Part shown: piece after piece, positions 17,651 through 24,271 of the stretch
How positions within the stretch are numbered: position 1 is the stretch's first letter
How the letters are laid out: the number at the start of each line of letters is the position of its first letter
Notes under the pieces: model-generated
The model's input: only the letters and a program-made list of their open reading frames with translations
Told to the model about the DNA's origin: nothing
Database searches by the model: none
Origin: a bacterium
GTDB lineage: Bacteria > Hinthialibacterota > Hinthialibacteria > Hinthialibacterales > Hinthialibacteraceae
Assembly: GCA_041946805.1 (NCBI GenBank)
Contig: JBHGBC010000089.1
Span: 1-24,271 of the forward strand
DNA length: 24,271 nt
Direction of reading: 5' to 3'
Position numbers and translations under genes: made by a program

Positions 17651-19000
17651 TCATGGCTTCGGCGCGGGATTGGCCGCTTTCAACTTGCGGCGCAGCCGGT
17701 CCAGCGCCTGGTCGACCAGGCGCGCCTGGGCGGTCTTGCCGCTGTCCCGCATGCCCACCTGTTCCACCGCGAACTCCGCCTTCGGGGATCCATACACCAG
17801 CCAGACAAAGCGGTTGCCGCTTTCACCTTCCAGAATCGAACTGACGGCCACGCACCATTGATTTTCGTTTTTTTCACACAACCGCCGCGCGATGGTGGCC
17901 ATCATTTTTTTCTCGTATTCCGGATCCTCCGCGGCGATTCCCGGATTGAACTGCAGGATTTCAGCCATGTCCCGCGCGCTGGGAGCGACGTAGCCGCCCG
18001 TGTAAACGCGTTTCGCGCCCTCGGCATGATTGAGGCTGGCGGCCAGAGCCCCTCCGCTGCCCACCTCGGCGGTGACCAGGATCTGGTTCCGTTCCTCGAG
18101 GAGGTCGATCACGTGTTTCTCGAGCGTGATGCCGGTATCGGAGTACAGATATTCCCCGATATAGGTCAGCAACTGGTATTCCAGGTCTTTCAACACCGCG
18201 CGGTCCTCGGGAGTGTTGCCGGAAAATCCAAAAGTCAAATCCACGCGGCTGAGATCGAACTGGAATCCGATGATCAGGTTTTCGGGCAGTTGCATATTTT
18301 TATGCAGTACTTCGTCGATGTTGGATTCGCCGATGCCGACGAACCGCATGGTGAGCGACGAACCGATCGTGTGGATGCCGAAACGCTTGGCCAGATAGGG
18401 AATCAACTGGTTTTTGACCATCGGCTGCAACTCCCGGGGCGGACCGGGCAGGGCGGCCACCACTTGCTTGCCGTTATCGAATACCAGCCCCACGGCGGTA
18501 CCTTCCGGATTGGGGAGAAAGGTCCCTTGCGTGGGCGTCAGGGTCTGGCGGCGCAGATTGGCGCGTAGATTCTCCGCGGTGACGTTGAACCGGCGAAGGA
18601 GGGTTTGCAACGCTTCTTGATTTTCCGCGAGGGGGATGCCGGTGAACTCGGAGAGCGTGGGACGGGTTACGTCGGCATCGGTGGGGCCCAGACCGCCGGT
18701 GACGATGATCAGATTGACCCGTTCCGCCGCGTAGTGCAGGGCATCATGGAGATCTTTCTGGATATCCCCGGTGACCAGCGCGCCGGCGCATTGGCACCCC
18801 AACGGCTCGAGCGTCCGGGTGATGTATTGCAGATGGCTGTCGGCGTAGATGCCGCTGAGCAGTTCGCCGCCGGTGAGGATGATCATGTACGGCGTGGGCG
18901 CGTCGGGATCGGAGGGATTGCCGGCGCGCGCGGGGGAGGGAGGCCGGACGATGGCGCATACCATCAAGGCTGCGAGACAGCGGCAGGCGGTCCAGGTCAT
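17651..19000 (-). CDS. cinA: CinA-like protein (MoCF/ADP-ribose pyrophosphatase-like domain, KH-like linker, degenerate PncC domain) with signal-peptide-like extension
   Basis: IILTGGELLSG, TGD, IIVTGGLGPTDADVT, NPEGTAVG, LPGPPREL, GIGESNIDE, LVTAEVGSGGALAASL. GAGGT RBS 6 nt before ATG 19000. Confidence 0.88.
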   Translation of the reverse strand: MTWTACRCLAALMVCAIVRPPSPARAGNPSDPDAPTPYMIILTGGELLSGIYADSHLQYITRTLEPLGCQCAGALVTGDIQKDLHDALHYAAERVNLIIVTGGLGPTDADVTRPTLSEFTGIPLAENQEALQTLLRRFNVTAENLRANLRRQTLTPTQGTFLPNPEGTAVGLVFDNGKQVVAALPGPPRELQPMVKNQLIPYLAKRFGIHTIGSSLTMRFVGIGESNIDEVLHKNMQLPENLIIGFQFDLSRVDLTFGFSGNTPEDRAVLKDLEYQLLTYIGEYLYSDTGITLEKHVIDLLEERNQILVTAEVGSGGALAASLNHAEGAKRVYTGGYVAPSARDMAEILQFNPGIAAEDPEYEKKMMATIARRLCEKNENQWCVAVSSILEGESGNRFVWLVYGSPKAEFAVEQVGMRDSGKTAQARLVDQALDRLRRKLKAANPAPKP

Positions 19001-19120
19001 GGTTTTACCTCACAAGCCTCTGGGAAATAGAACCATAGGTATTGAATTGTAAGGCGGGAATGGCATTCTGAAAGGCCGGGTACGGAATTCTTTTCATCCT
19101 AGAAATAAAGGAATGGCGCC

Positions 19121-20290
19121 ATGACCACAACCCGGTTTGGTTCTCATCCATTTCGATCCATTGGCTGGAATTGGATTCTTTCCGCGGGATTGATATTGCC
19201 CGCTTGGCTTCTCCCGGGTGGCTGGGCCGGCGAAACGCCCGCGCCGCTGCATGTGTTCGGCGCGACGGACACGATCACGCGGGTGGAGGTGGGGGTGGCT
19301 TATTACCTGCCCCGCGGCCGCGTTCCGCTGCCGGATTGGCGGGAACGGGTGGAATATCACATGAAACGGGTGCAATCGTTCCACCACCGGGAATTCGGCC
19401 GGCAATCGCTGCTGACCTATCGTGTGCTGCCTGAGCCGTTCACCGCCTCGGCGGCGCGGGACGGATTGCCAAAAGACGATGTCAATAATTATTTCTGGCA
19501 TATCGTCAACGAGGTGTGGGAATCGGGCAAGCTGACATTCTCACCGCAAGCGTTTCCCATCGTCCTGGTGCTCTCCGACGTGAATTTTTCGCCTGGGTAC
19601 AGCGACTGGACACGGGAATGCGATGGAAAGGAATGCCTCTTTCCCGAACCGCATTCGGACTGCGCGGGCCATGTGGCCAGCACGGGTGAGGACCGGCCGG
19701 GAACCCGCTGCGGCGGGGCGCGGGCGTTGTTCTGGCCGGAGAACCATATCGGTCTGGGCCTGGTGACGGCGGACGGTTGGCGGGTGCCGATCACCGGCAC
19801 GGATTGCGTGGTCTATCACGAGGGTGTGGGACACTCGCTGGGTTTGCCGCATCCGGAACCCATCAACGATTCCGTGATGGGCTTGGCGCAGTATGTTTAT
19901 CCCATCAACCAGACCTGGATCGACGAGGACCAGAAAGAAGCCATGGGCTGGATCAAGCACGAGATCGATCAGACGGATCTCTTTTCGGCCTTCACGGTCA
20001 GCCATACGCCCGCGCGCCCCACCGCGGAGGACACGGTGACCGTAACGGCGAAACTGCCGAAGCGATTCACCGTTCAGTCGATCCACATGGAATATCAGAC
20101 CGGATTGTGGCTGCCCTTCCGCCCGGCGGTTTCCCTGGGACGGGAGGAGCGGGACGAATCTCAATATTACCGGTGGAAGATCGGGCCGGTTTCCGCGGGT
20201 CAGAGCATCGGTTACCGGGTACGGGTGGAGGTGAGGGGAGGACAACGGGAGGAGTTTTGGAATTACTACAAGGTAAGGGGTAACGGATAA
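19121..20290 (+). CDS. Secreted zinc metallopeptidase-like protein (metzincin-like) with C-terminal Ig-like region
   Basis: AAGGA RBS; hydrophobic N-terminus; YHEGVGHSLGLPH followed by SVM (Met-turn-like); beta-rich C-terminus (HTPARPTAEDTVTVTA...IGYRVRV). Confidence 0.8.
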   Translation: MTTTRFGSHPFRSIGWNWILSAGLILPAWLLPGGWAGETPAPLHVFGATDTITRVEVGVAYYLPRGRVPLPDWRERVEYHMKRVQSFHHREFGRQSLLTYRVLPEPFTASAARDGLPKDDVNNYFWHIVNEVWESGKLTFSPQAFPIVLVLSDVNFSPGYSDWTRECDGKECLFPEPHSDCAGHVASTGEDRPGTRCGGARALFWPENHIGLGLVTADGWRVPITGTDCVVYHEGVGHSLGLPHPEPINDSVMGLAQYVYPINQTWIDEDQKEAMGWIKHEIDQTDLFSAFTVSHTPARPTAEDTVTVTAKLPKRFTVQSIHMEYQTGLWLPFRPAVSLGREERDESQYYRWKIGPVSAGQSIGYRVRVEVRGGQREEFWNYYKVRGNG

Positions 20291-20356
20291 GAAAAACGGT
20301 TCATCCGAGAAGTGCGTAGCTGAAGAAGTAAAATTGATTCCATCCGCCACGGGGTG

Positions 20357-20461
20357 AGGGCGGACACCCAGGTCCGCCTCTACAAAAATTCCCTCACCCC
20401 GGCCCTCTCCCAGAGGGAGAGGGAGCAGAATAAGACCAAAGGGAGAGGGAACAGAATAGGA
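20357..20461 (+). repeat. Composite REP element A+B with tandem duplication of its 3' end
   Basis: agggcggacacccaggtccgcctctac (20357-20383), tccctcaccccggccctctcccagagggagaggga (20390-20424), and a 26-bp tandem repeat at 20410-20435 / 20436-20461. Confidence 0.85.
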
Positions 20462-20537
20462 AGGTTATCAAGGGCGGGCTACGGCGCGCTTTGGGCCTGC
20501 CCGGCCGCTGCTTCCCTGTCTTGCTCCATCCTGCAGG

Positions 20538-21755
20538 TCATTCTCCAATCCATTTTTGATAAGCCGCGATGAGGTCGGATTCCTTGAATTGAATCACATA
20601 GCCGCGGGCTTGGGAGAAGTCATAAGCGTCCTTGGCGGGGCCGGCCCAATAGTACATGTAGGCCAGGTTCCCATTGGGCAGCAACACGCCGCTGGGATAG
20701 CCGAAATCGCCCTTCACCGGCCGGGACATAATAATCGTGTGTTCCACATCCCAGGTCAGGGCGTGGTCGCGGGAAATGATGCCTTTGATGGTGTGTTCGC
20801 TGCCGCTCCGGTCGCCGAAAATCATCAGAATCCAGCCGTTGGAGAGCGTGATCAGGTCGGCGGGATGCTGGCTGGGTCCGGTGAGCCGCAAGGGCGCGGA
20901 CCACGTGCGGCCTACGTCCTTGCTGATGGAGTAATCCAGGCGCTGTTGGTTGTTGCTGCCGCGCGAGACGGCCAACAACCGTCCATCGGAGAGGCGCAGA
21001 AGAGCGGTTTCATTATGCGCTCCCAAAATCAAGGAAGGATCTTTCCACGTCTGGCCGTTGTCGCTGGAGCGGACCAGATAGGCGTAATCGCCTTGATCCG
21101 AGGGTACGGATTTCATGCCCGGCACGTCCGCGGCGTAAGGTCCATAGACGTTCATCAGCAGTGTGCCATCGGGCAAGGAAATAATCCGTCCATAAGGAGA
21201 GCTGGTTTCGAGACCGGCGATTCCAAGAAGTTGGGGGGCTGACCAGGTTTTCCCCAGGTCATCGGACACGGTGATTTTGCAAAGGGCCTTGTTGAGGCTG
21301 GGATTGTATTTTCCCTCCGGCGTGTAGCTGCCTTGCTCGTGATAGCCCACGATGATCCGGTTGTTTTTACCGAAACCCACGGCGGGATTGCGGTCATCCT
21401 CGGGGCCGTCCACCACGGTGACCCGGGGCGACCAGCGGGCGGAGTCCGGTTGGGAATGGGTGATGACCAGCGCCCCGCCGCGTCCCAGATGGCCGCCGCC
21501 GGTGCGTAACACGGCGTAGAGATCGTTTTCGAGATTGTTCAAGATGGGAAAATACCCGCCCCCCTCGATCAGCACCATGTGCTGAATGGAGGGGAACGCG
21601 AAAATATCGGCTGGAGATTCCGGTTCCCCTGCAAAAGCCATCAGGGAATCGCCGGCCAGGATTCCCCAAAGAATCCCTGCCAGAACGAACATCCGAATGG
21701 CCGGGTTCATTTTCACATGAGATCCGGTGGATTGGGTGGATTGCGTTTGCGTCAT
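20538..21755 (-). CDS. Asp-box (BNR repeat) beta-propeller, sialidase/GH33-like, secreted
   Basis: Asp boxes SDDLGKTW, SSDNGQTW, SKDVGRTW, SRDHALTW; NE, SR and DFGYP motifs; signal-like MFVLAGILWGILAG...AFA. Start overlaps the upstream stop (ATGA); alternative start at 21710. Confidence 0.88.
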   Translation of the reverse strand: MTQTQSTQSTGSHVKMNPAIRMFVLAGILWGILAGDSLMAFAGEPESPADIFAFPSIQHMVLIEGGGYFPILNNLENDLYAVLRTGGGHLGRGGALVITHSQPDSARWSPRVTVVDGPEDDRNPAVGFGKNNRIIVGYHEQGSYTPEGKYNPSLNKALCKITVSDDLGKTWSAPQLLGIAGLETSSPYGRIISLPDGTLLMNVYGPYAADVPGMKSVPSDQGDYAYLVRSSDNGQTWKDPSLILGAHNETALLRLSDGRLLAVSRGSNNQQRLDYSISKDVGRTWSAPLRLTGPSQHPADLITLSNGWILMIFGDRSGSEHTIKGIISRDHALTWDVEHTIIMSRPVKGDFGYPSGVLLPNGNLAYMYYWAGPAKDAYDFSQARGYVIQFKESDLIAAYQKWIGE

Positions 21756-23137
21756 GATTCGTTATCCTCCGCTGATTTGGTGACACCATATTCATGCAAT
21801 TTGCGGATCAAGGTGCGGCGGCCGATGCCCAGGGCTTCGGCGGTCTTGGTGCGGTTGCCTTGGTGTTGTTCCAGGGTTTCGAGAATGACTTTTTTCTCGA
21901 TATCCGCCAAGGTGGCGTGGCCGGGGACCAGGGCGGGCGCCGGCACAGCCAGTCCAGGTTGGACTGCCTGGCGGATTTCGAGGGGGATGTTATCGAGATC
22001 CAGCCGGTTGCCGCGGGCGAGGATGACCATGCTTTCCAGCACGCCTTGCAGTTCGCGGACGTTGCCGGGCCACTGATATTTCCGGAGGCAGTCGAGCGCA
22101 TCCGGCGTGATTGACATCGGCCCTTTCCCGTTTTCGATCGCGTAGCGGTTGATAAACGCGGTGGTCAGGAGGGGAATGTCACCAGCGCGTTCGCGCAGAG
22201 GTGGCACATTGAGTGTTACCACCTTGAGGCGGTAGTAGAGGTCTTCTCGGAATTTTACCTCATCCACCAATTTTTGCAGATCGATGTTGGTGGCGGCCAG
22301 GATGCGGATATCCACCGATATGGTTTCGGTTCCGCCCACGCGCTCGAAGGCTTTTTCCTGGAGCACGCGCAGCAGTTTGACCTGAATCGCGGCGGAAATT
22401 TCGGAGACTTCGTCCAGGAAGATGGTCCCCTGGTGGGCTTGCTCGAAACGCCCTTTTTTCTGCTTGATCGCGCCGGTGAACGCCCCGCGCTCGTGGCCGA
22501 AGAGTTCGCTTTCGAGCAGGTTTTCGGACAACGCGGCGCAATGGATGGGGACGAACAGCCGGTGCCGCCGGGAGCTGAGGTTGTGGATGGCGCGGGCGAC
22601 CAGTTCCTTGCCCGTCCCGGTTTCGCCGGTGATGAGGACGGTGGCCTTGGCAGGGGCGATCTGCTTGATCTGGCCGATCAGCTGCTGGATGGGTGGGCTT
22701 TCGCCGACGATGCCCTCGAAGCCTTCCACCGCTTTGTCCTTTTCACGGTGAAATTCGATTTCCTGCTCGATCTGGCGTTTTTCCAGGATCTGATTGACCA
22801 GCAATTCGAGTTCGTCCAGATTCACGGGCTTGGTGAGGTAGTTGTACGCGCCCAGTTTCATGGCCTCGACGGCCATTTCGATGGTCCCGTAGGCGGTGAG
22901 GAGGATCACTCCCGGGGGCGAACTGAGTTCCCGGGTCTTCCGCAGCAACTGCATGCCGTCCAGGCCGGGCATGCGGATGTCGGAGATCAGGACGTCGTAA
23001 TCCTGGCGCTTGAGTTTGGTTAACGCTTCATTGCCGTCCGCCGCGGTATCCACCTTGCGGTAATCGGAAGCGAGGGCCTTGCGCAGCCCTTCGCGCGTGT
23101 TGAGTTCGTCATCGGCGATCAGAATCGATGGGCACAT
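21752..23137 (-). CDS. NtrC/AtoC-family sigma-54-dependent response regulator (REC-AAA+-HTH)
   Basis: ILIADDE, SDIRMPGLDG (phospho-Asp), TAYG, YLTKP; Walker A GETGTGKE, GAFTGA, FLDEV, WPGNVREL; HTH GNRTKTAEALGIGRRTLIRKL. Confidence 0.97.
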   Translation of the reverse strand: MCPSILIADDELNTREGLRKALASDYRKVDTAADGNEALTKLKRQDYDVLISDIRMPGLDGMQLLRKTRELSSPPGVILLTAYGTIEMAVEAMKLGAYNYLTKPVNLDELELLVNQILEKRQIEQEIEFHREKDKAVEGFEGIVGESPPIQQLIGQIKQIAPAKATVLITGETGTGKELVARAIHNLSSRRHRLFVPIHCAALSENLLESELFGHERGAFTGAIKQKKGRFEQAHQGTIFLDEVSEISAAIQVKLLRVLQEKAFERVGGTETISVDIRILAATNIDLQKLVDEVKFREDLYYRLKVVTLNVPPLRERAGDIPLLTTAFINRYAIENGKGPMSITPDALDCLRKYQWPGNVRELQGVLESMVILARGNRLDLDNIPLEIRQAVQPGLAVPAPALVPGHATLADIEKKVILETLEQHQGNRTKTAEALGIGRRTLIRKLHEYGVTKSAEDNES

Positions 23138-23195
23138 GGTTACATAAACTCATCCGGTAACACAGGCATATGGTTCAATCGATGTGACGTATTTG

Positions 23196-23221
23196 TCCCC
23201 GGGCTGAAGCCCTGGGCTAGT
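23196..23221 (+). repeat. REP-like hairpin family C
   Basis: tccccgggctgaagccctgggctagt, 25/26 identical to 24246-24271. Confidence 0.8.
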
Positions 23222-23290
23222 TTAAATACGGTTTATCCGGCCACTGAGTACATGATTTCGCTTGCGGTTCTCTTACGATTACCGATATTC

Positions 23291-23356
23291 GAGCGGACAC
23301 AAAGGTTCGCCCTTACAATTTTCCCTCACCTTGGCCCTCTCCAAGCGGAAGAGGGG
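23291..23356 (+). repeat. Composite REP element A+B (degenerate)
   Basis: gagcggacacaaaggttcgcccttac, aattt, tccctcaccttggccctctccaagcggaagagggg. Confidence 0.78.
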
Positions 23357-23444
23357 ATGAAAAAACGTGAGAGAGTTGTTGATGGGTTTTTTGCCGCGCG
23401 CTGATCCATCATCCTACCTCGTACACGATGATGAATTACCCCGA

Positions 23445-24098
23445 TTATTCAACCCCTCTCGAAGTGAACATGATGTCCCCTTGGCTGGCCAGGCCGTTGG
23501 TGGCGTCGTACTTGATGCCCCGGTAGGTCAGTTGAGTCGTGGAGTTGTTGGTCCCCGTCCCTCCCCAGCGGCCATCCGGCCCGATGCCTCCCAATCCCCA
23601 TTCGCCCACGCGCAGGCCCACGTTGCCATAGATATGCGCGGTCGCCAATTTGAACGAGGGAAAGTCGTGGTCTTCCCCGGGAAATTCGGGATCGTCGTCG
23701 AGATAAAAATAAGCATTGGGTGTTTGCTGGAAGGGATCGTAGGGAATGGACGTTAGGTACGCGATGGGGGATGTCAGCGGCGCGAGCACCGCCTGGCAGC
23801 TCCGCGCCTCGAAATCGGGACCGGCCCCAACCAGGTTGAAGACGCCGCGGAGGCGTTCGTGGCCGGCTTCCAGGTCGTCATCCCACCAGTCGATCAGCAT
23901 GACTCCCTTGTCGAGGCGCAGCTGCTCGATGGCCGTCCCCAGGGAGCGCATGTCGGCGTGGTTGCGGGCGATCTTGGCGCGGATCTGGGCGTTCAAAAAG
24001 TTGGGCACGGCGATGGCGGCCAGGATGCCGATGATCGCCACCACGATCAGCAACTCGATCAGCGTGAAGGCGGCTTGACGTGACATGGGATGATTCAT
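23445..24098 (-). CDS. Prepilin-type N-terminal cleavage/methylation protein (GspG/type IV pilin-like), paralog 2
   Basis: RQAA|FTLIELLIVVAIIGILAAIAVPNFLNAQIRAKIAR; LTSPIAY, DPF, GIGPD, YDATNGLASQGDI. Start is 24098 or 24086. Confidence 0.9.
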   Translation of the reverse strand: MNHPMSRQAAFTLIELLIVVAIIGILAAIAVPNFLNAQIRAKIARNHADMRSLGTAIEQLRLDKGVMLIDWWDDDLEAGHERLRGVFNLVGAGPDFEARSCQAVLAPLTSPIAYLTSIPYDPFQQTPNAYFYLDDDPEFPGEDHDFPSFKLATAHIYGNVGLRVGEWGLGGIGPDGRWGGTGTNNSTTQLTYRGIKYDATNGLASQGDIMFTSRGVE

Positions 24099-24133
24099 CC
24101 TCTCAGCCGGCGACCAGGTAAGTGACCTGTTTC

Positions 24134-24221
24134 TCCCTCGCCCTTTGGGAGAGGGCCAAGGTGAGGGACGCCGAAACCAAGACCTTTCCTCACCCTACCC
24201 CACTCCCAGAGAGAGAGGGAA
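24134..24221. repeat. Inverted pair of family B repeats
   Basis: tccctcgccctttgggagagggccaaggtgaggga (24134-24168, reverse) and tcctcaccctaccccactcccagagagagagggaa (24187-24221, forward). Confidence 0.8.
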
Positions 24222-24245
24222 TGGGTTACCTTGGTCCCGGCAATT

Positions 24246-24271
24246 TCCCAGGGCTGAAGCCCTGGGCTAGT
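24246..24271 (+). repeat. REP-like hairpin family C at the window end
   Basis: tcccagggctgaagccctgggctagt (stem cccagggct/agccctggg). Confidence 0.8.

Noticed and set aside
16607..24098. Pilin paralogs as targets of a diversity-generating retroelement
   Set aside because: No reverse transcriptase and no near-identical template/variable repeat pair differing at adenines; the differences include large indels.
10640..24271. Recurring 25-36 bp palindromic repeats as a CRISPR array or integron attC sites
   Set aside because: They are dispersed, degenerate and in both orientations, with no regular spacers, no cas or integrase gene, and no RYYYAAC/GTTRRRY ends.

Overview
GC-rich bacterial chromosomal window with 18 supportable CDSs; no rRNA, tRNA, CRISPR array, transposase or phage gene was recognised. 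In order: a partial sigma-54 activator; a Tat-signal aldo/keto reductase and a DegT-family aminotransferase; a reverse-strand pair of secreted glycan-active proteins (an unclassified GH67/GH115-like protein and a GH106 rhamnosidase-like enzyme); an ECF sigma/zinc anti-sigma pair with a candidate autoregulated promoter; three secreted hypothetical proteins; a split transketolase; two paralogous orphan prepilin/pseudopilin-like genes; a CinA-like protein with a signal-peptide-like extension and a degenerate deamidase site; a secreted metzincin-like protein with a non-canonical HExxxH motif; an Asp-box sialidase-like protein coupled to an NtrC-type regulator. Intergenic regions carry at least four families of REP-like palindromic repeats. 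The pilin signature and a C-terminal 'VxDWxLY' tail recall, from memory only and unverified, the uncultured OLB16/Ca. Hinthialibacter-type lineage. The best leads for undescribed biology are the short C-terminal tail as a candidate sorting signal, the scattered variable-loop pseudopilins (one bracketed by direct repeats), the exported degenerate CinA and the HExxxH metzincin.
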